This document shows, one piece after another, positions 39,911 through 49,028 of a stretch of DNA of 64,000 nt. The notes below the pieces were generated by a model. It made no database searches, was not told where the DNA came from, and was given only the letters and a program-made list of their open reading frames with translations. Within the stretch, counting starts at the first letter, position 1, and each line of letters begins with the position of its first letter. The position numbers were made by a program, and so were the translations under genes. Source of the stretch: Rubripirellula sp. (lineage in GTDB: Bacteria; Planctomycetota; Planctomycetia; Pirellulales; Pirellulaceae); NCBI GenBank assembly GCA_965216875.1, contig OZ244207.1, positions 7,552,001 to 7,616,000 on the forward strand, written 5' to 3'.

Positions 39911-40399
39911 CTATTCGGGAATGTGAGCGGGGATCAACCGCACACCTCCGTGGGGTTGGTCAGCAATCCGTAGGGCATCACGCACGTAGTCGTGGCAGTT
40001 GATGCAGGTCGTTGTGATATGCAGGTAGGTAAACGACGCCCCCTCGTGATTCGTCTTCTGGGCAAGTTCTTCCAACTTGTGGCACTGACGCCGCAGTTCG
40101 GTCGAATAGTGTTCGTAGACTGGATCACGAGCACGCGGCCATTCGGCAGCTTCACTGATCCGAATCATCTCTTTGGCACCTTCGCTGATCAACGTAAAGT
40201 CTTCAGCAAGCAGGCCCTCGAGCACTTTCTGGGAACTCGACAGCTTCGCTCGCATCAACACTTCGGTTTCATTCAGCGCTGGCTGATGCGTCTTGGCACT
40301 GGCACTGGGTGGCTGCGGATCGGCCGCACCCAACATCATGGCGGTGATCGCGCCGACAAAGAGGGTGGCAACAATCAAGACAATGGGGTGACGAGTCAT
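39911..40399 (-). CDS. Periplasmic class II monoheme cytochrome c, paralog 2
   Basis: RBS AAGGA before ATG 40399; signal peptide; MRAKL..SQKVLEGL; C-terminal CINCH. Confidence 0.78.
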   Translation of the reverse strand: MTRHPIVLIVATLFVGAITAMMLGAADPQPPSASAKTHQPALNETEVLMRAKLSSSQKVLEGLLAEDFTLISEGAKEMIRISEAAEWPRARDPVYEHYSTELRRQCHKLEELAQKTNHEGASFTYLHITTTCINCHDYVRDALRIADQPHGGVRLIPAHIPE

Positions 40400-40490
40400 T
40401 CGTTCAATCCTTTTCGTTTTAGGTCTCCGTTCTCTTGCGGCGAACGAAACAGAAGTTCGCCGCAATGGACATTCTTGCAGCCGAGGGATC

Positions 40491-41549
40491 TTAGACACGC
40501 ACCCAATCTTTCAATCGTGTGTGTTCGAAAATCATCTCGTGTTGCACTTGCAGGTTCTGTCCCATGCCTGCGTCACTTGCACGATGGTACATTGCGATCG
40601 CAATCGCCACGTCAACGTAGGCGAGGCCAACGGCGTTAAAGTAAATCCGTTCGTCTGGCGATTCACGCCCAGGCACTTTTCCTGTGATCAAGTCGACCAG
40701 GTTTCCGTGCACATCGGCATCGGTCAGTTCGCCATCTTTGTACATGCGACTGAGCGTCTGCGTTCGATGTTTGACTGTTTCCCAGTCGTCACAGACGATT
40801 TTGTCACATGCTTTGGCGACGGCATATTCATCTTCCCAACCGCCAACGTGGCTGTAGAACGCGCCCGGTTTCATCCATTGCGCTTTCAACAGCGGTGCCT
40901 GCGCACTGGTGGCGGTCACGATGATGTCGGCCTCGTCGGTCGCACGTCCGAGATCCGACTGAGCCATTTCGAACTCCATCGATGGCAGGATCGCTGACAT
41001 TTCGCTGACGAATTGTTCCTCTTCGACCGTGTCCTTCGCGGCGACGCGGCAGACCGAAAGCGACGGTACCGCAGTCTTCATCGCGATCAGGTGCATCTTG
41101 GCTTGTTCGCCAGCACCAATGAACCCAATCACCTCCGAATCGTCTTTCGCCAGGTGCTTTGCCGCGATCGCGCCCATCGTGCCGACGCGTACGTTTGAAC
41201 AAAGCGTGCCTTCCATGAATGCGATCGGGAACCCTTTCTCAATTTCAGAAAGAATGATCACAGCCGAAAGGTTTTGCACACCGTGCTTGGCCGGATTGGG
41301 TGGGAAAACCGACACCCACTTTACGCCGCAGATCTTGCGGTCTTTAAAGGTCGCCGGCAAGCAGTTGATGCGTTCTTGCGTGTCGTCATTGAAGATCTGC
41401 ACGATCTTTTCGGGGAACAGGACTTTGCCTTCGGCATAAGCTTGAATCCCCTCCTCGGCAGCTTCCATTGCCATGCTGATGTCAAGGCAACCTGCACCGA
41501 GCAAATCTTCTTGTGAAAAGTAGCGGCAGTTGATCTCGTGGCTGAGCAT
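40491..41549 (-). CDS. Ornithine cyclodeaminase/mu-crystallin family NAD-dependent enzyme
   Basis: RINCLPA, GVKWVSVFPPN, VRVG, Rossmann IGFIGAGEQA, ADIIVTATS, GRESPDERIYFNAVGLAYVDVA. Confidence 0.9.
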   Translation of the reverse strand: MLSHEINCRYFSQEDLLGAGCLDISMAMEAAEEGIQAYAEGKVLFPEKIVQIFNDDTQERINCLPATFKDRKICGVKWVSVFPPNPAKHGVQNLSAVIILSEIEKGFPIAFMEGTLCSNVRVGTMGAIAAKHLAKDDSEVIGFIGAGEQAKMHLIAMKTAVPSLSVCRVAAKDTVEEEQFVSEMSAILPSMEFEMAQSDLGRATDEADIIVTATSAQAPLLKAQWMKPGAFYSHVGGWEDEYAVAKACDKIVCDDWETVKHRTQTLSRMYKDGELTDADVHGNLVDLITGKVPGRESPDERIYFNAVGLAYVDVAIAIAMYHRASDAGMGQNLQVQHEMIFEHTRLKDWVRV

Positions 41550-41614
41550 CTTGAAACTCGATTGTTACTTCGTGTAAGTGGATTGAAAAACGGGGGTCTG
41601 TTTCAAAGGGAAAG

Positions 41615-42067
41615 CTACTTTTTCTCGGCCTCCTGTTGTTTCGTCCGTTCGTCCGTCAGCGGCAAACCGCCTTGCTGCTGACGCAGATAGGAGTGGCATT
41701 CGATGCAGCGAACCGTAAGTGAAACGTAGCCGAGTGCGGCCCGATCGACGTTCTTGTCACGGCTCGCTTTGCTGATTGCATCGGTGGTGCGGCGAAACTC
41801 CATGCTCTGTTTGGCGTACTCTTCGGTTTGCAAAATCTTCCAGCCACTCTCAAGGCTTAACAGCCCGAGTGCTTGAGCGTTCTTGGTGATTTTGTCGTGG
41901 TCCTCAAGTGCCAACCCTTCGAGGATCTGCTTGGAGTATTCGAGTTTCAGTTGCATCACGCCCTTCAAGGGGCGGCTGGGGCTATCGATCGGACGTTGCG
42001 CCGAAGCGAGCCCGGTCATGCCCAACGCAAGGACAACAGCGGCAAGAGATTTCAAAGGAAAACGCAT
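41615..42067 (-). CDS. Periplasmic class II monoheme cytochrome c, paralog 3
   Basis: Signal peptide ending ASA-Q; MQLKLEYSKQILEGLALED; C-terminal CIECH. Confidence 0.78.
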   Translation of the reverse strand: MRFPLKSLAAVVLALGMTGLASAQRPIDSPSRPLKGVMQLKLEYSKQILEGLALEDHDKITKNAQALGLLSLESGWKILQTEEYAKQSMEFRRTTDAISKASRDKNVDRAALGYVSLTVRCIECHSYLRQQQGGLPLTDERTKQQEAEKK

Positions 42068-42104
42068 CGTTCATTCACCAATTCGAGTTAACTTTCATCA
42101 CTGT

Positions 42105-43172
42105 CTAAGTTCGTCGTGAGTGGTCATCGGCATGGCCCCAGCGATCGCCGGTACGCGGCGGCAGGGTCGGGGATGGATCGCTATAGCGCGCCGTTTGCGT
42201 AATCGGCTGAAGGTAGCTCAATCGGTTCATCGCATTGAGTTCCGGTTGAGGACGCGCATGAGTGAATGCTTCAAACGAATCGTGTCGATTGCGTTCGAGG
42301 AAACTGATCATGCCCTCGACGAGGTGCCGTACCGCGTCGGGGCCTTCACGCTGCACTTCCGAAGCGACCATCGCAACGTCGGCGCCAGCCATAATCACCT
42401 GTGCAAATTCACTCGGCGAACTGATCCCGCCGCTGCCGGCCAATGAAATCGCCGGCCCGCCTGATCGCACGCGGATCAGTCCCGAAACGGTGGATGCGAT
42501 GTTCCCGGCCGCGGTGAGTGTCCACTGTGTCGTTGCACGAAGTTCATCGGGTAGCACAACCCAACTTGGATCTCGTCCAAAGACCACGATGCCCGAAATC
42601 CCAGATTCTGCGAGTCGCCATGCAAGGTTCGGCAAACTCGTGTAGTAGGGAAGGAGTTTGATCGATACCGGGATGTTCACGTCGTCGCACACTTCGCGAA
42701 CACAGTCGAGCATTGCAGCTTCGACTTGATCGGCACTCAGCGATGGGCTGGCAAACTCAGTGTGCAGACTCAATTCGATCGCGTCCGCCCCAGAAGATTC
42801 CATGTCACGTGCGAACCGCAACCATCGCCCTCCAGTGAAACCGTCCAAACTCGCGATGATGGGAATCGAGGTGATCCGCTTTAGATCTTCAATCGTCTTG
42901 AGGTATTCGTCGGGACCTCCGTTATACGTGTCTTCTTGAGTTCGGTAGGCAATTCGTTCGGCGGCCACTTCGTCGTCGGTCGGGTCGATGCCATGCTCGA
43001 GATACTGATGCACGATCTGTTCTTCGAACATCGATGGAAGCACGACAGCACCGGCACCGGCGATGGCAAACTCGCGGACCGTTTCGCGGCAGCGCGTCAT
43101 CGGACATGCGCCAACAATCAAGGGTGATCGCAGTCTCAGGCCCATGTAGTTGGCAAAGATTTCAGGAGTCAT
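42105..43172 (-). CDS. Dihydroorotate dehydrogenase-like FMN TIM-barrel protein (divergent)
   Basis: YMGLRLRSPLI, GAGAVVLPSMFEEQI, IPIIASL, GADAIEL, PVSIKL, SGGI, AGAD. Confidence 0.85.
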   Translation of the reverse strand: MTPEIFANYMGLRLRSPLIVGACPMTRCRETVREFAIAGAGAVVLPSMFEEQIVHQYLEHGIDPTDDEVAAERIAYRTQEDTYNGGPDEYLKTIEDLKRITSIPIIASLDGFTGGRWLRFARDMESSGADAIELSLHTEFASPSLSADQVEAAMLDCVREVCDDVNIPVSIKLLPYYTSLPNLAWRLAESGISGIVVFGRDPSWVVLPDELRATTQWTLTAAGNIASTVSGLIRVRSGGPAISLAGSGGISSPSEFAQVIMAGADVAMVASEVQREGPDAVRHLVEGMISFLERNRHDSFEAFTHARPQPELNAMNRLSYLQPITQTARYSDPSPTLPPRTGDRWGHADDHSRRT

Positions 43173-43225
43173 GATCAACGTCTTTTTTGCTTGCTCTTGT
43201 CCTTAGTGAACACTGAGGTTGTTAA

Positions 43226-43242
43226 TGCAACCGCAGTGCCGG
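43226..43242 (-). promoter_or_regulatory. sigma54 promoter of the DHODH-like operon
   Basis: Minus strand CCGGCACTGCGGTTGCA, GG-N10-GC, 54 nt upstream of ATG 43172. Confidence 0.82.
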
Positions 43243-43397
43243 TCGGGAGAACCAGCGTCAAAAAAGTTGAAAAAGCGTCAAACGCGAGCGTTTGAAGGTG
43301 TGCTATCGCCGAATCGAAAGTGGAGTCGAAGAAAGGGTGTGCCGAGTCGCACACTCTGCGATTCCACGAGCGCTAAGACGTGTGATCTCCTCTGGCC

Positions 43398-43477
43398 GTG
43401 AGCCGAACGCGCTAGCGTCGGGCGTTCCAAGGACGCGCAGGAGAGTGTAAGGCCCGACGCTAACGCGTTCGGCTCAC
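43398..43477. repeat. Inverted REP-A doublet
   Basis: 43398-43423 forward and 43451-43477 reverse, just downstream of the activator gene. Confidence 0.88.
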
Positions 43478-43498
43478 ATGGCGACCACCCGAAGCTCG

Positions 43499-44977
43499 CT
43501 ACGACGAAGAAGCATCCTGTCCCGCTTCGAATCGCTCGAGAAGGCGATAGAGTTTGCGGCGATGGATGCCGAGCACGCGCGCGGCCTTGGCCTTGTTGCC
43601 GTTTTCGCGTCGCAGCACTTCCAAAACGTGAGCTTTGGCGATGTCATCAAGTTTGTCACCGCAAACGGCGCTGGGCGGATCCTCGGTGTCGTGTGCTGTC
43701 TCACTCTCGACCGGACCTGTGGCAGGCGATGAAGAGACGGGCGACGAAGCGGCAGGCGACGAAGCGGTGGGTGTTTCCGACAGCTCGCGGGGCAAGTCAT
43801 CGAGGGTGATTTCGTGATTGTCGGCCAAGATCGTGGCACGCTGCACGACATTGATCAACTCGCGAACATTGCCGGGCCATTTGTATTGATTGAGTGCCGC
43901 CCGCGCGAGCGGATCGATGTGCCAAGGTTCCGGCAGATAGTGATCCACCAACAGGTCAATATCGCCGGGACGCTCACGCAGTGGCGGTAGATCGATCGGC
44001 AGCACGTTCACGCGGTAATAGAGGTCCTCGCGAAACTTGCCTTCCTTGACGTCGTCGGCGAGGTCGCGATTGGAGGCGGCAATGATCCGCACGTTCACGA
44101 TTCGCTCTTTGTGTGAACCGATGCGGCGCATGGAACCATCTTCCAAGACACGCAGCAATTTGGGTTGCAGCGCGAGTGGCAGTTCACCGAGTTCGTCGAT
44201 GAAGAGCGTTCCACCGTCGGCGACTTCAAAGAGTCCCGGTTTTTCTTGAGTCGCCCCGGTGAAGGAACCCTTTTGGTGCCCGAACAGCTCACTTTCGACC
44301 AATTGTTCGGGAAGTGCCGCGCAGTTGATGGTGACGAACGGCATTTTGGCAAGTTGAGATTCCTCTTGGATCGCTTTGGCAACCACTTCCTTGCCCGTGC
44401 CGCTCTCTCCGGCAATCAAGACCGGTTTGTCGGTCGGCGCGACGCGGTGAATCATCTTCACTACTTCCTGCATCGAGCTTGATTGCCCAATCAACTTGAC
44501 AGGGCGATTGACTCGCGAAATGATCGCTTTGAGTTGTTGGTTCTCGCGACGTAGGCGTCCCCGCTCGCGTGCCAATTTGCAGTGATGTTCCAAATCGCCC
44601 AGCGGACACGGTTTGGTCAAGTAATCGCACGCGCCAAGTTTCATCGCGGCAACGGCCGATTCGATCGTCCCTTGGCCGGTCAGGATGATGATTTCCATAT
44701 TGGATTCTGAATCACGAACGCGTTGAAGCAGTTCGATCCCGGACATGCCTGGCATGTTCATGTCGAAGATACCGACATCAAATTCCTGGCGTTCACACAA
44801 ACCAAGTGCCTCGGCACCGCTTGCGGCGGCGGCAACTTTGTAGCCTTTGCGTTCCATCCACCGAGCGCTCGAATCACGAAAGTCTGCGTCGTCTTCGACG
44901 ATCAACAGTGACATTGGCTTGTTCTTCACCGGCTCGGTCCGTTCAGTCATCGGGATGTCTACAGTGGTGCTGGACAC
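43499..44977 (-). CDS. sigma54-dependent response regulator (REC-AAA+-Fis HTH; NtrC/ZraR family)
   Basis: REC (LIVEDD, FDMNMPG, YLTKP); GESGTGKE; ESELFGH-GSFTGA; LFIDE; FREDLYYR; WPGNVREL; HTH NKAKAARVLGIHRRKLYR. Confidence 0.95.
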   Translation of the reverse strand: MSSTTVDIPMTERTEPVKNKPMSLLIVEDDADFRDSSARWMERKGYKVAAAASGAEALGLCERQEFDVGIFDMNMPGMSGIELLQRVRDSESNMEIIILTGQGTIESAVAAMKLGACDYLTKPCPLGDLEHHCKLARERGRLRRENQQLKAIISRVNRPVKLIGQSSSMQEVVKMIHRVAPTDKPVLIAGESGTGKEVVAKAIQEESQLAKMPFVTINCAALPEQLVESELFGHQKGSFTGATQEKPGLFEVADGGTLFIDELGELPLALQPKLLRVLEDGSMRRIGSHKERIVNVRIIAASNRDLADDVKEGKFREDLYYRVNVLPIDLPPLRERPGDIDLLVDHYLPEPWHIDPLARAALNQYKWPGNVRELINVVQRATILADNHEITLDDLPRELSETPTASSPAASSPVSSSPATGPVESETAHDTEDPPSAVCGDKLDDIAKAHVLEVLRRENGNKAKAARVLGIHRRKLYRLLERFEAGQDASSS

Positions 44978-45008
44978 GTTAGATTACTCCATTGACAAGC
45001 GTCAGTCT

Positions 45009-45497
45009 TTATACCTCGATCGCAGCAACATTGGGGTGCAGCTGAGACCAGCGGTGTCCCCTCGATTGCAGACGCCGATATTGTGCTAACAGCCGATTCT
45101 TTCGCGTTGGACAAAAGTCGCTCAAGTGATCAAACAACCGGTGTGATTCGATGGCGTACCGACGCCCTTTTTCGAGCTCGGCCCTCCACTCCGCTCGTTC
45201 GGCGGTTGTCGCGTGCTCGGCCGTGGATAACCTCACAATCGTGCTGATCATTTGATCGTGACGATCGTAGAGTTGCGTTGCGAAGGCTTCGCCCACGTTC
45301 CGTTCGACTTCGGGGTACAGGTATCGCTGTTCAAATTCGATATGCGCGCCACAGGTCTGGTCGACCCGATCTGCACAATGCGATGCGACGTCGAATTCGT
45401 CTCCCCGCAAACTGTCGATCATGGAATCGAAACCCGCGAGCAGTTGGTCATGTCCAAGATCGAACATCGCCTCAAGGGATGGTTCGGAATCGTTCAT
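45009..45497 (-). CDS. Hemerythrin-like (HHE) domain protein
   Basis: GHDQL...AHIEFEQRYLYP...DRHDQM pattern; start set to ATG 45497, downstream of a sigma54 promoter. Confidence 0.68.
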   Translation of the reverse strand: MNDSEPSLEAMFDLGHDQLLAGFDSMIDSLRGDEFDVASHCADRVDQTCGAHIEFEQRYLYPEVERNVGEAFATQLYDRHDQMISTIVRLSTAEHATTAERAEWRAELEKGRRYAIESHRLFDHLSDFCPTRKNRLLAQYRRLQSRGHRWSQLHPNVAAIEV

Positions 45498-45543
45498 GGT
45501 CTCGGTCACCTCTTGCGTCAGATTCAGCGTGGCGACGAGAGAA

Positions 45544-45560
45544 TGCAAACAGTGTTCCAG
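45544..45560 (-). promoter_or_regulatory. sigma54 promoter of hemerythrin-activator unit
   Basis: Minus strand CTGGAACACTGTTTGCA, GG-N10-GC, 47 nt upstream of the ATG. Confidence 0.75.
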
Positions 45561-45736
45561 ACGCATAGAAGGGGCAAAGATGGCCAGCCCCAATCGGTCG
45601 GCGAGTGCCCTGAATGCCGCAATGGATCGACAATTGAGGGGTTTTTGCGCTATTTGGCCGGGGTGAGCAGATTCGCACACCTGTGCCGTTGCGTCACCCG
45701 AGCGGCGCGGGTTGGAGGACGTTTCTGGTCCGCGAT

Positions 45737-47191
45737 CTACTGGGGCGGAAGGGTCAACGTGATCTGCGCACCCTTGCCCGGCTCGCTTTTCGCTTCCACT
45801 TTGCCGCCGTGGGCATCGACGATCCGTTTGCAGATCGCCATTCCCAAACCGGTTCCCGATTGTTTGGTTGTGTGAAACGGTTCAAAGATGCGGGTGACGG
45901 TTTCGGCATCCATACCGTGACCCGAGTCTTCGATCCGCACGATCAAGCCGCCAGGAATGTCGCGTCCCGTTTTCTCGATCGACACGACAATGTTTGCAGG
46001 GCCATCGGAGGCAGCGATGGCGTTTTCCAGAATATTTCGAAACGCTTGAGACAACCGATGTTCATCGACACGGATGGTGGCAACGCCTGGATCCGATTCG
46101 ATGCCGATTCGATGATCGACACCACGGAAGTCGACTCGCAGGTCATCGAAGACGCGGCGGACGGTGTCGGCCAAACAAACATCGGTGCAGTCAAGAGTGA
46201 TTGGCGCGGCGTAGTTTCGCACCTCTTCGTAGTTACGTTGCAGGTCATTGAGAGAGCGGCGAATCCGACCGGTCAGATCGAGTTGCTCGGTTTGCCCTTC
46301 GAGATCGAGTTCGAGCAAGTCCAAACAGCCGCGCGCACGCTGCAACGCATTGCGGCTCTCATGTGCCAAGCCGGTCACCATTTGCCCGATGGCGGCCAAC
46401 CGTTCCGATTGCACAACTTGCCGCTGCGCGTCCTGCAATTCTGTCGCATCAATCACCAGCCAGATTTCGTGATGGTCATAGCGATAGCCCGCGATCTCGA
46501 GCATGCGACTGACACCATCTTTTCTGCGGATGGGCAGCAGGCAGGTGTTACGAAATCCCTCTTCGCGGGCTTGCCGATAGTGGGCGCGACATTGTTGTTC
46601 TTGTTCACCACAGAGGACTCGGAACCAGTCATCGACGGTTGAGATTTCGTCGCTTCCGTAGCCGGTATAGGCTTCAACGGCTCGATTGGTGAATAGTCTT
46701 CCGTGGTCGACATAGACTGCGCCGGCTGGCAAGTGTTCGACCAGGACCCGCATTCGGCTTTCGCTCTTTCGCAGCTCGCGGCGAACGCGAAAAAGTTCCG
46801 CGAGTGAGCCGAGTCGATTGCGAAGCGTTTCGGGCTCGAGCGGTTTGATCAGGTAGTCGTCGACCCCCTGGCGAATTGCCTCGATCGTGCTGTTCATGTC
46901 GGCGTGCCCCGTGACGATCAAGATCGCCGCATGCGGGGCCCGCTCACGAAGTGTTTCGATCAACTCGTTGCCGTCCATGTCGGGCAATTTGCGATCGAGC
47001 AGAATCGCAAAGAACTCCGCCAAGCCTTGGGTAGCCAACAGCTCTTCGCCGCTGCCGGCGAGTTCGACGTGGTAGCCATCCATTTGCAGCAACCGTCGCA
47101 CGCTTTTTCGCATCGCATCGTCATCGTCAACGACGAGCACGCGAAGCGGTTGGTCGGTCTGTGAGTCAACAACGGACGACGGATTGTTCAA
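45737..47191 (-). CDS. Hybrid REC-PAS-histidine kinase
   Basis: VLVVDDD...LLDRKLPD...YLIKP; PAS; LAHESRNALQ; NILENA; DSGHG; GTGLGMAI. Confidence 0.92.
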   Translation of the reverse strand: MNNPSSVVDSQTDQPLRVLVVDDDDAMRKSVRRLLQMDGYHVELAGSGEELLATQGLAEFFAILLDRKLPDMDGNELIETLRERAPHAAILIVTGHADMNSTIEAIRQGVDDYLIKPLEPETLRNRLGSLAELFRVRRELRKSESRMRVLVEHLPAGAVYVDHGRLFTNRAVEAYTGYGSDEISTVDDWFRVLCGEQEQQCRAHYRQAREEGFRNTCLLPIRRKDGVSRMLEIAGYRYDHHEIWLVIDATELQDAQRQVVQSERLAAIGQMVTGLAHESRNALQRARGCLDLLELDLEGQTEQLDLTGRIRRSLNDLQRNYEEVRNYAAPITLDCTDVCLADTVRRVFDDLRVDFRGVDHRIGIESDPGVATIRVDEHRLSQAFRNILENAIAASDGPANIVVSIEKTGRDIPGGLIVRIEDSGHGMDAETVTRIFEPFHTTKQSGTGLGMAICKRIVDAHGGKVEAKSEPGKGAQITLTLPPQ

Positions 47192-47568
47192 TTCGGATCC
47201 ACCTGGGTGATTTGCCCAATGCGATTGACAAGGCTATCAAGATCGAGCGGCTTCGAAACGACTTCGTGCGCACCAAGTTGGATCGCATCTTGAACAAGCA
47301 CTGCCGAAGAGTACGCCGTCATAAAGATCGCGGCGACTTCTGGGTCGTCTGCGCGAATCCGACGATACGCTTCGACCCCATCGATCCCGGGCATGCGAAC
47401 ATCCATCAGCAACAAGTCGGGCCGGAAACCACGCGCCGATTCGATCGCAGCCAGTCCATCTTCGGCCGTGTCGACGTCGTAGCCTTGCTGGCGGACAACG
47501 CGCGCGAGCGACCGGCGAATTCCTTCGTCGTCGTCGACGATCAACACTCGTTTGGGCGATGGATCCAT
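47188..47568 (-). CDS. Single-domain response regulator
   Basis: VLIVDDD, LLMDVRMPG, FMTAY, VSKP; 4-nt overlap with the hybrid kinase. Confidence 0.92.
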   Translation of the reverse strand: MDPSPKRVLIVDDDEGIRRSLARVVRQQGYDVDTAEDGLAAIESARGFRPDLLLMDVRMPGIDGVEAYRRIRADDPEVAAIFMTAYSSAVLVQDAIQLGAHEVVSKPLDLDSLVNRIGQITQVDPN

Positions 47569-47629
47569 TAGTCGCTACAACACTTACTGTCGTCCGTTTT
47601 GCTGCGGGTGCTGTTCACTAGGGTAAGCA

Positions 47630-48712
47630 CTATTGTGATTCTGCACAGCGCCGAAGTTTCAATCGAAACTGGGCACCGCCCCCACTTCGGTCGGTCACGA
47701 TGAGCTCGCCTCCATTTTGCTGGGCGTACCGACGCGAAAGGGCCAACCCCAAACCAATACCTGTCGGCTTGGTGGTATAGAGTGGCTCAAACACCCGTTC
47801 CTTTTGTTCAGGCGAAATTCCGGGCCCGTTGTCGGCGACGTCGACCCAAATGTTCTCGGGCTCGACCTCAAGAGTGATTTCGATGCGTCCTTCGTTTTCG
47901 ATTGCCTGGACAGCGTTCCGCACGAGGTTCGCGAGGATGCGACCGATTTGCTCGGGATCCGCATGCACTCGTACGGGAGGAGTGAGTGCGTCGGGAACCC
48001 GCAACTCAATTTGCGGAGGCATCGAGACTTCGCTGACGGCCTCATCAATCACCGTCTGGAGGTCAACGTCACACATGCGGCTTGGCTTCTCTCGAGTGAA
48101 GTCAAGCAGCTCGGCGACGATCCGCTCGGCCTTGCCAACGGCCACGTCAATTTCGTCGATGCACTCGATGCCGTCCTCACCCAGTTGGCTGGCCAACGAT
48201 TTAAGGAAATAGACATCGTTGCGGATCACGCACAGAGGGGTGCGGATCTCATGGGCGACGCCACCTGCAAGTTGCCCCATCAACGCCAAACGCTCGATGG
48301 CCTGGCGCGACTCACGCTCACGCGCGACCCGTCTGCGTTCGGTGGCATCCATGATGTTGGCCAACACAAACATTCCCGATTTTGCATGAAACGGATGCAA
48401 GCTGATGTCGACAGCGACTTGGCTACCATCCTTTCGCTGGCCGAACAGATCACGGCCAGCCGCCATGGACCGGGTTTCCGGATTGCTCATGAATCGGGCC
48501 CGATGCGAAGCGTGATCGCCGTGATGTGCTTCAGGGATCAACATTTCGACTGTCTGGCCGACCATTTCATCGCGGTCGTAGCCAAAAATCTGCTCCGCAG
48601 CGTTGTTGACTCGGACGATGTTGCCTGTTTGATCAGCAATCAACATCCCTGCGGGCGACGCGTCGACCACCAAATCCAAGAAACGCTCGTCAGAAAATAC
48701 AGATTCGTCCAT
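47630..48712 (-). CDS. PAS sensor histidine kinase (FixL-like PAS, possibly heme-binding)
   Basis: NNAAEQIFGY...MLIPEAHHGDHASH...GQRKDGS; VAHEIRTPL; NLVRNA; DNGPG; GIGLGL. Start set to ATG 48712. Confidence 0.9.
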   Translation of the reverse strand: MDESVFSDERFLDLVVDASPAGMLIADQTGNIVRVNNAAEQIFGYDRDEMVGQTVEMLIPEAHHGDHASHRARFMSNPETRSMAAGRDLFGQRKDGSQVAVDISLHPFHAKSGMFVLANIMDATERRRVARERESRQAIERLALMGQLAGGVAHEIRTPLCVIRNDVYFLKSLASQLGEDGIECIDEIDVAVGKAERIVAELLDFTREKPSRMCDVDLQTVIDEAVSEVSMPPQIELRVPDALTPPVRVHADPEQIGRILANLVRNAVQAIENEGRIEITLEVEPENIWVDVADNGPGISPEQKERVFEPLYTTKPTGIGLGLALSRRYAQQNGGELIVTDRSGGGAQFRLKLRRCAESQ

Positions 48713-48758
48713 TTCAAGCTGTTGAAAATTACGGGGGCGGGTGACCGCATTGTGACAG

Positions 48759-48775
48759 AGCAACCGCGAGGCCGA
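48759..48775 (-). promoter_or_regulatory. Possible sigma54 promoter of the kinase-REC-kinase operon
   Basis: Minus strand TCGGCCTCGCGGTTGCT, GG-N10-GC with good -12 and weaker -24, 47 nt upstream of the ATG. Confidence 0.5.
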
Positions 48776-48928
48776 AATGCTAGCGAATTGTGACGATTCG
48801 GCGAATCTTTCGATTGCTGGGAGGCTCGTGCAATAAAGCCTGCGGAGGAATCCTCAAACCGTTGTACACTGGTCCCCGCACCCGCGAATCGTTGCTACCG
48901 CCGCCTCGAATCAAACAGTTCTCGAACT

Positions 48929-48945
48929 CGGGCACGGTATTCGCT
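48929..48945 (+). promoter_or_regulatory. sigma54 promoter of BON gene / ABC exporter
   Basis: CGGGCACGGTATTCGCT, GG-N10-GC, 84 nt upstream of ATG 49029. Confidence 0.68.
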
Positions 48946-49028
48946 CTTATTTAAGACTTATCACAAGGGTGCACACGTTTTAGGCAACACACCATTTCAT
49001 TCAATCTCACTCACTCGGGGGTGACGCC

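Noticed and set aside
40491..41549. SbnB / diaminopropionate biosynthesis call
   Set aside because: No SbnA-like PLP enzyme or siderophore/NRPS genes nearby; only the family-level call is supported.
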